A DNA stretch of 64,000 bases from Dehalococcoidia bacterium. Its GTDB lineage: Bacteria; Chloroflexota; Dehalococcoidia; Lucifugimonadales; UBA3495. The DNA lies in NCBI GenBank assembly GCA_965232845.1, contig OZ247428.1, positions 1,703,483-1,767,482 on the forward strand, given 5' to 3'. The position numbers were made by a program, and so were the translations under genes. Shown piece after piece: positions 56,135 to 64,000 of this stretch (its first letter is position 1; every line of letters begins with the position of its first letter). The notes under the pieces were generated by a model. It worked only from the letters and a program-made list of their open reading frames with translations, made no database searches and had not been told where the DNA came from.

Positions 56135-56509
56135 TTCAGTCACGCAAGGCCCGCCGTACTGGACTCGAACTAGCTTCGAAAATCCAGAACTGTCTCATAA
56201 TGCCGGTTATGACCATGGAACATATAGCCCGTGGGCTTTTGCGGCTTGCATGTTGGAAACAATGATAGTGCCGGCTGGATAGGTCCCCGCACTTGGTACG
56301 AGCGCCATCCGTTCACACGAGGAAGTGGGGCACGCCGGATGGGCGCCTGGCAAGACTGAGAAGAGATAAGAAGTGCTACAGCCTTAAAGGACCTGAGACC
56401 GGGCCGGGGGTCGAGGAATGCAGACTTTTTTGCAATCTAAACAATAGTGTTAAACAAAGTAACAACGCCGTGTGGTGCCGGCTGTTTCGTAGCTCAAATA
56501 AGGAGGTCT

Positions 56510-56584
56510 TGGAGCGGCAGATGGGATTCGAACCCACGACCCTCTCCTTGGCAAGGAGATGCTCTACCACTGAGCCACTGCCGC
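56510..56584 (-). tRNA. tRNA-Gly (anticodon GCC)
   Basis: The minus strand reads GCGGCAGTGGCTCAGTGGTAGAGCATCTCCTTGCCAAGGAGAGGGTCGTGGGTTCGAATCCCATCTGCCGCTCCA. It folds as a cloverleaf with a 7-bp acceptor stem and anticodon loop TTGCCAA. The CCA end is encoded. Confidence 0.9.
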
Positions 56585-56674
56585 TCGAAAGTACAGAAAA
56601 TTATATGAAATTTGGGTCGGCGTGTCTATAGGGTGAAAGGCTTTGCCTAGAGTTTGTGCCCTTCTGAATTTGCC

Positions 56675-56702
56675 TTGACCCTTCCCGCTTACCCGCTATA
56701 AT
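56675..56702 (+). promoter_or_regulatory. Sigma70-like promoter of the hotdog dehydratase pair
   Basis: TTGACC (56675-56680), a 16-nt spacer and TATAAT (56697-56702). An AAGGAG RBS and the ATG at 56736 follow. Confidence 0.55.
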
Positions 56703-56735
56703 TGGGGGCACGCAATAGAACAAGGAGCTGGGTTT

Positions 56736-57161
56736 ATGGCCGAAGAGCAGTTGAAACCCTATGTCTACGACGACATTGTAATCGGGGAAGAACTGGGGTC
56801 TTACGAGTATGTGCTGACCCAGGAAATGCTGGACAACTTCCGCGCCTCGGTGCAGGACCCTGATGCCTGCTTCCCGACGCTGGCGGTGAAGCACGACGCC
56901 ACCGCACTGAACATGGTGTACGATGACCAGGTAGGCGGAGTAAACGCCGGTAACGAGGTGGAATTCTTCAATCCGCCCATTGTTGGGAAGAAGGTTTTTG
57001 TTACAGGCAGAATCCACGACAAGTACCTGCGGCGGGACAAGCCCTATATGGTTATAGAAGCTACTGCCGTGGACGAAGACGGGCGCATGCTGGAGAGGCT
57101 GCGCACGTACCAGATGAAAAAACCAGATGAGGTGGGAAAGAAATGGCATCCTCAATCGTAG
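56736..57161 (+). CDS. Hotdog-fold protein, MaoC-N-terminal/FAS1-like dehydratase partner subunit
   Basis: 141 aa with hotdog-like length and pattern. It overlaps the downstream MaoC-like gene by 19 nt, as in two-subunit (HadAB/ChsH-type) hydratases. Confidence 0.55.
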   Translation: MAEEQLKPYVYDDIVIGEELGSYEYVLTQEMLDNFRASVQDPDACFPTLAVKHDATALNMVYDDQVGGVNAGNEVEFFNPPIVGKKVFVTGRIHDKYLRRDKPYMVIEATAVDEDGRMLERLRTYQMKKPDEVGKKWHPQS

Positions 57162-57562
57162 ATAACGCACCTATCCCCACGCTGACCAAGTCCATTACCG
57201 AGGAAAGCATCCTCCAGTTTGAGTCTTGCGGCATTTTGGACCGTCAGAATATCCATAACGATTACGAATTGGCCGCCCGGCGTCTGGGGACTACCTACAC
57301 GCTGGCTTCGGGCCGGATGTCCATCACCTTTGCCTCGGAGGCCTTGCGCCGGTTCTTCGGGCCCGAGGTGTTCAACCACTCCGGCAGCGTGAACCTCAAG
57401 TTCCTGCGTCCGGTCAAAGACGGCGACACTATCACTATTTCGGGTTCGGTAATCCAGCAGGATGAGGTGGAAGACGGCACCCAGGTTGTCGTGCAGGTGC
57501 AGTGCCAGAACCAGAACGGCGATACCACCGCCGTGGGACAGGGCACGGCCATCGTACCCTAA
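57143..57562 (+). CDS. MaoC-like (R)-specific enoyl-CoA hydratase/dehydratase
   Basis: 139 aa. The hydratase motif region is DRQNIHNDYELA (compare the MaoC motif D.NP.H.D), and the C-terminus is a hotdog beta-sheet. Confidence 0.65.
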   Translation: MASSIVDNAPIPTLTKSITEESILQFESCGILDRQNIHNDYELAARRLGTTYTLASGRMSITFASEALRRFFGPEVFNHSGSVNLKFLRPVKDGDTITISGSVIQQDEVEDGTQVVVQVQCQNQNGDTTAVGQGTAIVP

Positions 57563-57581
57563 AGGCCCGTATTCTAAGTTG

Positions 57582-57612
57582 GGGCCGGCCGGATAGAGGC
57601 CGGCCCTTTTTT
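57582..57612 (+). terminator. Rho-independent terminator
   Basis: 9-bp stem GGGCCGGCC/GGCCGGCCC with a 7-nt loop, followed by TTTTTT. Confidence 0.8.
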
Positions 57613-57922
57613 CATGAAGTACGGTCCGCTTTTCCCTTCTTTTCCCACGCTTTCGCGATATCCAGCCACATTCCCACTCTTTCCAAATTGGGATTGCCGA
57701 TTGAAATGGGGCAGGACAGGCATTTAAGGACTTGTTCGAATCTGGCAGTTAAGTTTGTAGTCATGCACAGTGGTGACGTAACGCCATTTCATCACCCCCA
57801 TCCTAGCCTTCCCCCGTCAAGGGGAAAGGAACTATTGTGCCTGCTAACTATCTCCCATGAAGGGGTAAGGCAGCTATTGAAATAGTTTCACAACTTGCAC
57901 TGCTCCGCTCAGATTCTTTCCC

Positions 57923-57951
57923 TTGACAACCCAATCATCCACGAGTTTAAT
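57923..57951 (+). promoter_or_regulatory. Sigma70-like promoter of the peptide ABC operon
   Basis: TTGACA (57923-57928), a 17-nt spacer and TTTAAT (57946-57951), about 60 nt upstream of the TTG start at 58013. Confidence 0.4.
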
Positions 57952-58012
57952 GCGAACAAGGTAATTGCCACTTTTCGACTCTTGCCGACCCTTTTTGGGT
58001 TGTTGACTGATT

Positions 58013-59086
58013 TTGACTTCCACTTCATCTGACGCTGGACATACCGCCGACGCTTCACCCGTTTCAATTACATCGGCGCGCCTGGAAGTGAAGGACCTGC
58101 AAACCTGGTTCTTTACCCGGCGGGGAACGGTCAAGGCGGTGGACGGAGTCAGCTTCTCCCTGGAACCCGGCGAAACCCTGGGACTGGTGGGGGAATCGGG
58201 TTCCGGCAAGAGCATCACTTGTCTTTCCATACTCAGGCTGGTGCCCGAACCGGCCGGACGCATAGTCGGCGGCGAAATCCGGATGGGCGACACCGACCTA
58301 TTGCAGCTATCCCGCCACGAAATGGAGCAGGTACGGGGGCGGCACGTTTCCATGGTCCTGCAAGACCCTATGACCTCCCTCAATCCCGTTTTCAACGTTG
58401 AGAAACAGGTGGGTGAAGGGTCGATGTACCACCTGAATCTGCACGGAACCGGCTTGAAAGACCGGGTGCAGCAACTGCTGCGCTGGGTCCGTATTCCGGC
58501 CCCGGACGTCAGGGCCAATGACTACCCCCACCAGATGAGCGGGGGCATGCGGCAGCGGATTGTGGGCGCCATTGCCCTTTCGTCGGAGCCCTCCGTGCTG
58601 ATTGCCGACGAGCCCACTACCTCGCTGGACGTTACCATTCAGGCCCAGTACCTGAAGCTGCTGAAAGACCTGCAGGAAGAGCACCGCTTTTCCATGATTT
58701 TCGTTACCCACGATTTTGGCATAGTGGCCCGGGTATGCGACCGGGTGGCGGTAATGTACGCCGGCAAAATCGTGGAGATGGCGCCTACAAGAGAGTTGTT
58801 CAGTGCGCCGAAGCACCCTTACGCCAAAGCCCTGATTCAGTCTCTACCCGACCCGGATACAGAGGTTGAATGGCTTACCACCATCCCTGGGCAGCCACCC
58901 TCCCTGCATGACCTGCCGCCCGGCTGTCCCTTTGCGCCCCGATGCGCTGATGCAATGGATATTTGCACCAGGGAATATCCAACCACGTTTGAAACGGGCG
59001 CCGCCTTCACGGGGAGCGGCCAGGCTGGAGAATCTCCTGGCAGCCACACGGCCGCCTGCTGGCTTTACGGGGAGCAGGCAGAATGA
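58013..59086 (+). CDS. Oligopeptide/dipeptide ABC transporter ATP-binding protein (DppD/OppD type)
   Basis: Walker A GESGSGKS, signature MSGGMRQR and Walker [12 protein letters not shown] are present. A C-terminal oligopeptide-ABC extension carries CPFAPRC. Confidence 0.85.
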   Translation: MTSTSSDAGHTADASPVSITSARLEVKDLQTWFFTRRGTVKAVDGVSFSLEPGETLGLVGESGSGKSITCLSILRLVPEPAGRIVGGEIRMGDTDLLQLSRHEMEQVRGRHVSMVLQDPMTSLNPVFNVEKQVGEGSMYHLNLHGTGLKDRVQQLLRWVRIPAPDVRANDYPHQMSGGMRQRIVGAIALSSEPSVLIADEPTTSLDVTIQAQYLKLLKDLQEEHRFSMIFVTHDFGIVARVCDRVAVMYAGKIVEMAPTRELFSAPKHPYAKALIQSLPDPDTEVEWLTTIPGQPPSLHDLPPGCPFAPRCADAMDICTREYPTTFETGAAFTGSGQAGESPGSHTAACWLYGEQAE

Positions 59087-60120
59087 CGACCGGAGCCGCG
59101 ACGGAACAAGCCCTGCTGGACGTGCGTCACGTGCGTAAGTATTTCCCCGTCAATAAAGGGGTTGTGATTCGCCGTCCGGTGGGCTGGATCAAGGCTGTGG
59201 ACGATGTGGCCTTTACCATTTCGCCGGGAGAGACCTTTGGCCTGGTGGGTGAGTCCGGCTGCGGAAAGTCCACTTTGGCCAAACTGATCCTGCTGCTCGA
59301 ACCGCTGACCGAGGGGGAAATTGTTTTTGAGGGCCAGTCGGTAGCCGCGTTTTCGGGAGAGGAACTGAAACAGTACCGGGCTGCAATAGGAGCTGTTTTC
59401 CAGGACCCATTCAGTTCACTGTCGCCGCGCATGAGGGTCAGGGAAATAGTTGGAGACCCTTTGACGGTTACTACAGACACGCCCCGCCGCCAGATTGAGG
59501 ATAGAGTTGCCGAGGTGCTGGAACAGGTGGGGTTGAACCCGGATAGCGGGACAAACTACCCGCATGAATTCAGCGGCGGCCAACGGCAGCGTATCGCCAT
59601 TGCCCGGGCCCTCTCCGCCTCACCTCGGCTGATGATTCTTGATGAGCCGGTTTCGGCCCTGGACGCTTCCATCCGCGCCCAGATTATCAACCTGCTCAAG
59701 TCCCTGCAGCAGGAATTGGGAATTAGCTACCTGCTTATCGCTCACGATCTGGGTACCGTGCGTTTCCTCAGCGACCAGGTAGGTGTGATGTACCTGGGAC
59801 AACTGGTGGAGAAGTCCACCTCCCGTCGGGTTTTTACCAATCCGCTGCACCCTTACACCCGTGCCCTGCTATCGGCGGCGCTTCCGGTCAGACCGGACGC
59901 AAACCGCGAAGAGATAGTAATTTCGGGGGAGGTGCCAAGCCCGCTGGATCCGCCTTCCGGCTGCCGGTTCTATCCGCGCTGTCCGGCGGCCATGCCGGTT
60001 TGCGAGAAGGTGCAACCCGTGTTCGCGGAAGTTGAAGAGGGTCATGAGGTGGCCTGCCACCTTTACCCGACCAGCGCGCCAGTGGAGAGCGTCACTGCCG
60101 CCGGCGGGGCAGGTGACTGA
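59083..60120 (+). CDS. Oligopeptide/dipeptide ABC transporter ATP-binding protein (DppF/OppF type)
   Basis: Walker A GESGCGKS, signature FSGGQRQR, Walker B MILDEPVSALD and C-terminal CRFYPRC are present. ATGA overlap with the upstream ATPase gene. Confidence 0.85.
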   Translation: MTTGAATEQALLDVRHVRKYFPVNKGVVIRRPVGWIKAVDDVAFTISPGETFGLVGESGCGKSTLAKLILLLEPLTEGEIVFEGQSVAAFSGEELKQYRAAIGAVFQDPFSSLSPRMRVREIVGDPLTVTTDTPRRQIEDRVAEVLEQVGLNPDSGTNYPHEFSGGQRQRIAIARALSASPRLMILDEPVSALDASIRAQIINLLKSLQQELGISYLLIAHDLGTVRFLSDQVGVMYLGQLVEKSTSRRVFTNPLHPYTRALLSAALPVRPDANREEIVISGEVPSPLDPPSGCRFYPRCPAAMPVCEKVQPVFAEVEEGHEVACHLYPTSAPVESVTAAGGAGD

Positions 60121-60244
60121 ATCGGGTTATTCCGGCCTCACCTGAGATTGGTTTGCCAACAGATTAACCATGAAAGATGACAGGCAGCTGTACTGCCCGA
60201 CCCCCGGTTTCAAAAGCGGAGGAATTAACTAGAGAGGTTTTATT

Positions 60245-62074
60245 ATGAAAAGACGCAGGTTGCTCAACTCGCTTGCTATCTACCTTTCCCTGGCTTTAGT
60301 TGCTGTGCTGGCCGTCAGCTGCGGCAGTTCGGCAAGCCCTACGGCGGTACCCCAGGCTCAGGAGTCGGCCGCACCGGCGGCGCCCGCGGCTGCCGCGGAA
60401 CCGGCCGCGCCGGCCCAGGAGTCCATGACCCAAGCTGAAACAGCGGCTGAGCCAGCAGCAGATTCCCAGGCTCCCGTGCCTGCGGCGGCGTCACAGCAGG
60501 AGGGCAGCGTAACCGCCGAGCCTACGCCGGTACCCGAACCGGTAGACTCGACTCGTATGCCGGAAGGTACCCTTACCCTGTCAGAGTTTGACTTTGGCAA
60601 CGAGTCCTGGCTGCCCTGGGAAGATGTTACCCAGCGATTTTACTGGGAACGGGTGATGGAGACCCTGTTGCTGCTAGACCCGGTAACGTGGGAGTTCAAG
60701 CCCGGGCTGGCCGAGGAATGGTCCATTTCCGAGGACGGCAAGATCGTAACGTACAACCTGGTGGAAGGCGTTCAGTTCCACGGCGGTTACGGTGAGTTCA
60801 CCGCTTCCGACGCGGCTTACAGCCTGGACCAGTGGCTGTATAACGAGGAATCGACCCACCCGTCCGTGGCGGCCCAGCTTCAGGCCGTTCCGGAGGTCCG
60901 CGCACTGGACACTTATACCGTCCAGGTGGAGTACACTAGGAACCCCTTCCTGACCGCTTTCATGGACCTCTCATCGGGTAACAATGGCACAGGGATGCTG
61001 TCCCGCGCCTATGTGACCGAGGTGGGCCTTGACGAGGCGCGCCGCAAGGCCATTGGCACCGGTCCCTATGAGTTCGTTGAGCACAAGCTGGGCGAATCCA
61101 TGGAAATGGAGGCAACCGAGGGGAGACACTGGCGGATAATACCCCAGTGGCAAACAATGAAGTTCCTGGTAACGCCCGAGGCTTCAACCCGGTTGGCCCA
61201 GGTCTTGAGCGGCGAGGTGGACATTGCCCTGCTGCCCGGCTCCTTCAAACGCCAGACTGAAGCTGCCAATATTCGCACTATCCTGAATCCGGGCGTGGCC
61301 GGCGTGTTCATTGTTCCGGTGGTCTACATTCCCGGCACCACGGGGATAGATGCTCCGGACCCCAATAACCCGAATGCGGACCCCAAATTCCGGGAGGCCT
61401 TGAGCCTGGCCATCAACCGGCAAGAGTTGGCCGACGTTGTGTTTGCCGGCGGGGCAGTGCCCACGGGCATAACCGATCTTTCACCCATATCCCTTGGTTA
61501 CAACGCCAAGTGGGAAGAGCCGGACCCATTCGACCAGGAACGGGCCAAGCAGTTGCTGGCGGAGTCGGGCAAGGCGGGGTTGACCTTTGAGTTCCAGCAG
61601 CGGCCCTTGGGTGGTATTCCCGAGGGGCCGCAATTGGCAGAAGCCATAGCAGGCATGTGGGAGGCGGTGGGTCTTGACGTGGACCTGAAGCTGAATCTGC
61701 AGGGCAGCCCCCACTCGGCCATGCGAAGGGCGAGGCAACTGGAGGGCAAGATCTGGCTGATGCGGCTGGGTCACTTGACCGATACCACCAGGCGTCTCAT
61801 TTCCCAGTATCGCTGCACCGCGGAGCGGACGGCCGTGTTCGCGTGCAATTCCGAGCTGGAAGCCTTAACTCCCATAATAGAGACCTCGACCAACCTGGAG
61901 GAGAAGGACAAACTGATCCGGGAAGCCTACGGGATTATTCTGGATGAGCGGACAGTTATTCCGGTGGTGCAAACTGCCAGCCTATATGCCATTGGACCCC
62001 GGGTGGGCAGCTGGTCGCCCCGATTGGGCGAGCGCTTTACCACGGAGCTGGAAAGCGTAGGCCACGCAAACTAG
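60245..62074 (+). CDS. ABC transporter substrate-binding lipoprotein, family 5
   Basis: Signal peptide with lipobox LAVSCG, an A/P/Q/E-rich linker and a DppA/OppA-like body. Confidence 0.8.
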   Translation: MKRRRLLNSLAIYLSLALVAVLAVSCGSSASPTAVPQAQESAAPAAPAAAAEPAAPAQESMTQAETAAEPAADSQAPVPAAASQQEGSVTAEPTPVPEPVDSTRMPEGTLTLSEFDFGNESWLPWEDVTQRFYWERVMETLLLLDPVTWEFKPGLAEEWSISEDGKIVTYNLVEGVQFHGGYGEFTASDAAYSLDQWLYNEESTHPSVAAQLQAVPEVRALDTYTVQVEYTRNPFLTAFMDLSSGNNGTGMLSRAYVTEVGLDEARRKAIGTGPYEFVEHKLGESMEMEATEGRHWRIIPQWQTMKFLVTPEASTRLAQVLSGEVDIALLPGSFKRQTEAANIRTILNPGVAGVFIVPVVYIPGTTGIDAPDPNNPNADPKFREALSLAINRQELADVVFAGGAVPTGITDLSPISLGYNAKWEEPDPFDQERAKQLLAESGKAGLTFEFQQRPLGGIPEGPQLAEAIAGMWEAVGLDVDLKLNLQGSPHSAMRRARQLEGKIWLMRLGHLTDTTRRLISQYRCTAERTAVFACNSELEALTPIIETSTNLEEKDKLIREAYGIILDERTVIPVVQTASLYAIGPRVGSWSPRLGERFTTELESVGHAN

Positions 62075-62197
62075 ACTTGCATTAGCTTTCAGAATCTAGT
62101 CTTCAGGAACTGGCTTTCATGCACTGCGTCCTTGTGTTTGGAGTTTCTTCAAGCGCCAGGACGCAGGTAGTCCAGGGATTCAGGGAATAGGCCCCAA

Positions 62198-63115
62198 ATG
62201 CGCAGATACATTTTAACCCGGCTCGCACAGGCTTTGGTCAGCATGTTTGCTCTGAGCCTGATAGTTTTTTTCCTGGTTCGCCTTACGGGCGACCCCAGGG
62301 ATGTGCTGCTGGGAGACGACTATTCCCAGGAGCAATGGGAAAAGCTGGGCGAGCTTTGGAGCCTGGACGAGCCCGTCTATGTGCAGTACGCCGTTTTCCT
62401 GCGAAATGCCCTAACCGGAAATTTCGGGGAATCCATATTCTGGAAGGAGCCGGCGGTGGAAATGCTGGCCCGACGGATTCCGGCAACGGTGCAGCTTACC
62501 GTTACCGCCATGTCCCTGAGTGTCCTGGTTGCAATTCCCATGGGGGTGCTGTCGGCGGTAAAGCGGGACACCTGGCTGGACTACGTGGGGAAGACCATCG
62601 CTATGCTGGGACAATCTGTTCCGGCTTTCTGGCTGGGAATCATTCTTATCTGGGTATTTGCCGTAAGTTGGGGATTATTACCGACCTCCGGGCGGGATGG
62701 ACCGCTGCACTACGTCCTTCCCTCAGTGACGCTGGGGTGGTTCACGGTGGCAGGAATTATGCGGATAACCCGCTCGGCCATGCTGGACGTGCTGGACAGT
62801 GAGTACATCAAGCTGGCGCGGGTTAAGGGGGTACCCGAAAACGTGGTCATATGGAACCACGCCCTGCGGAACGCCGCCATTCCCGTGGTTACGTTCCTGG
62901 GCCTGATTCTGGGCAATTTCCTGACCGGTTTCGTGGTGGTAGAAACCATCTTCTCGTGGCCGGGGGTTGGACTGCTGGCCATTCGAGGTATTCAGTCCAA
63001 TGACTTTGCCATTGTGCAAACGGTGGTGATGTTTGGCGGCCTGCTGTTCATCACCATTAACTTCTTGGTGGACATACTGTACGGGTATCTGGACCCCCGC
63101 ATTCGGTACGAGTAA
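62198..63115 (+). CDS. ABC transporter permease (DppB/OppB type)
   Basis: 305 aa with N-terminal MRRYILTRLAQALVSMF and 6 TM helices. The conserved loop is SEYIKLARVKGVPE. Confidence 0.85.
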   Translation: MRRYILTRLAQALVSMFALSLIVFFLVRLTGDPRDVLLGDDYSQEQWEKLGELWSLDEPVYVQYAVFLRNALTGNFGESIFWKEPAVEMLARRIPATVQLTVTAMSLSVLVAIPMGVLSAVKRDTWLDYVGKTIAMLGQSVPAFWLGIILIWVFAVSWGLLPTSGRDGPLHYVLPSVTLGWFTVAGIMRITRSAMLDVLDSEYIKLARVKGVPENVVIWNHALRNAAIPVVTFLGLILGNFLTGFVVVETIFSWPGVGLLAIRGIQSNDFAIVQTVVMFGGLLFITINFLVDILYGYLDPRIRYE

Positions 63116-63219
63116 CTTTCAGGCCATGCTCGCGATTGGGCGTCGGTAGTCAACAGCAAGCAACTTAATTCTTAGACCCCGACGTAGCCTGCGGGGAGGC
63201 CATATTTTCGGGAGCGTAA

Positions 63220-64000
63220 ATTCTGGCTGACACGGGAGTAGAAACACGGCTGGTCAGGGCGCGCACAGGCCGCTGGTCTTGGCGTGTGTTTCGGCGTTTG
63301 CCGATTATTCCTGGCATTATTTTGTCCCTGGTGGTTATCTCTGCCTTGTTTGCCCGCATTCTGGCGCCGGAGGCCCCCACATTCGGCAACCTGGCCGACT
63401 CCTTCATTCCACCTGCCTGGTCGGAAGGGGGCAGTGTGGCCCATTTGCTGGGAACCGACAGCCTGGGGCGAGACGTTTACAGCCGCATCGTTTACGGAGC
63501 CCGGGTATCGCTGATAGTGTCCATATTTGCCATCTTCATAGCGGGCAGCATAGGCACCGTCCTGGGGCTGGCATCGGGTTACTTTGGCGGCCGAATTGAC
63601 GGGTTGATAATGCGGCTGGTGGATATTGCCCTGGCATTGCCGACTATTCTGATGGCCCTGGTTCTGGTCGCGGTGCTGCAACCGGGCATCGTGACGGTAA
63701 TTATAGTAATAGGATGCCTGAGCTGGGCCAACTACGCCCGCCAAATACGGGGCGAGGTTCTATCAGTCAAAGAGCGGGACTTCGTGGTGCTGGCCCGTTC
63801 GATCGGTTCCTCACCGGCGAGAATAATGTCCCGCCACATTCTGCCCAACGTCTTTAACACAATTATCGTGCTGGCAACCCTGCAAGTGGGGTCCGTGATC
63901 CTCTTGGAGGCGACCCTCAGTTTCCTTGGTTTGGGGGTGCCGCCGCCGGAGCCCTCGTGGGGACAAATGGTGGCGGAAGGCCGCGCCTTTATAGTGGTGG
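63220..64000 (+). CDS. ABC transporter permease (DppC/OppC type), 3' end outside window, start uncertain
   Basis: Frame 1 is open from 63220 to the window end. It reads ...FRRLPIIPGIILSLVVISALFARILAP...LGTDSLGRDVYSRIVYGARVSL...VKERDFVVLARSIGSS. There is no ATG. Candidate starts are ATT 63220, CTG 63223 and GTG 63286. Confidence 0.75.
   Translation, partial: MLADTGVETRLVRARTGRWSWRVFRRLPIIPGIILSLVVISALFARILAPEAPTFGNLADSFIPPAWSEGGSVAHLLGTDSLGRDVYSRIVYGARVSLIVSIFAIFIAGSIGTVLGLASGYFGGRIDGLIMRLVDIALALPTILMALVLVAVLQPGIVTVIIVIGCLSWANYARQIRGEVLSVKERDFVVLARSIGSSPARIMSRHILPNVFNTIIVLATLQVGSVILLEATLSFLGLGVPPPEPSWGQMVAEGRAFIVV

Noticed and set aside
56140-56215. tRNA-like fragment with TTCGAGTCC T-loop-like sequence. 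A similar TTCGAATCCAGTGGG occurs at 54655-54690.
   Set aside because: T-stem and acceptor pairings cannot be completed, and no anticodon arm or D-arm is present. The first site folds better as a simple hairpin.
50070-56584. Whole 50-56.6 kb stretch as one genomic island integrated at tRNA-Gly.
   Set aside because: There is no integrase gene or remnant, and I found no direct repeat of the tRNA 3' end. The IS1595 transposon has its own IRs and sits in the gltA terminator. The PNPOx gene looks like ordinary chromosomal cargo. The region is better explained as separate IS and MITE events plus an inversion.
56293-56631. 112-aa plus-strand ORF and 64-aa minus-strand ORF (56376..56570).
   Set aside because: Both overlap the tRNA-Gly gene and adjacent non-coding DNA. 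They have no RBS and no motifs.

Overview
GC-rich bacterial chromosomal window. The gene content (two luciferase-like monooxygenases, atypical SDRs, BNR/Asp-box proteins, CoA-transferases, lipoprotein SBPs with low-complexity linkers) resembles Chloroflexota/SAR202-type genomes, but that is inference only. Left to right: ilvE 3' end, plsY, an EamA transporter, an ASST-like protein, an SDR, a CoA-transferase A/B pair, a BNR protein and a tartrate/isopropylmalate dehydrogenase-family gene. A 12-gene minus-strand corrinoid salvage and nucleotide-loop operon follows at about 9.2-20.2 kb (pduX-like, cobU, cobQ, hicA-like, cobC, cobD, cbiB, cobS, cobT, cobO, cbiA, ChuX/HemS-like). It sits behind a clear cobalamin riboswitch, a terminator and a sigma70-like promoter. 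Next are an SDR paralog, a ROK kinase and a cytochrome c maturation cluster (TlpA-like, two membrane accessory proteins, ccmF). Then come a family-5 SBP, an LLM oxidoreductase, a 2-hydroxyacid dehydrogenase, a quinone oxidoreductase and a decayed BNR-family pseudogene. A TPP-riboswitch-controlled thiG-thiE-thiS operon and addB/addA-like helicase-nuclease genes complete the core part. The 45.6-56.6 kb stretch is the accessory, rearranged part. It holds four copies of a ~200-bp MITE-like element and an LLM plus hydrolase pair. It also holds citrate synthase and a 4.5-kb IS1595-type transposon. The transposon's transposase is dead, but its four passenger genes, including an HNH-SF2 helicase fusion, are intact and translationally coupled. 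A PNPOx-family gene, a truncated IS630 transposase fragment and tRNA-Gly(GCC) close this stretch. The window ends with a hotdog-fold dehydratase pair and a dipeptide/oligopeptide-type ABC operon. Best candidate for something undescribed: the passenger operon of the IS1595-like transposon (50131-54646). Other notable points are a split target-site duplication implying a ~9.6-kb MITE-mediated inversion, an in-frame tandem-repeat expansion inside addA, a ~300-nt structured leader after the B12 riboswitch, and two SDR paralogs lacking the catalytic Tyr.
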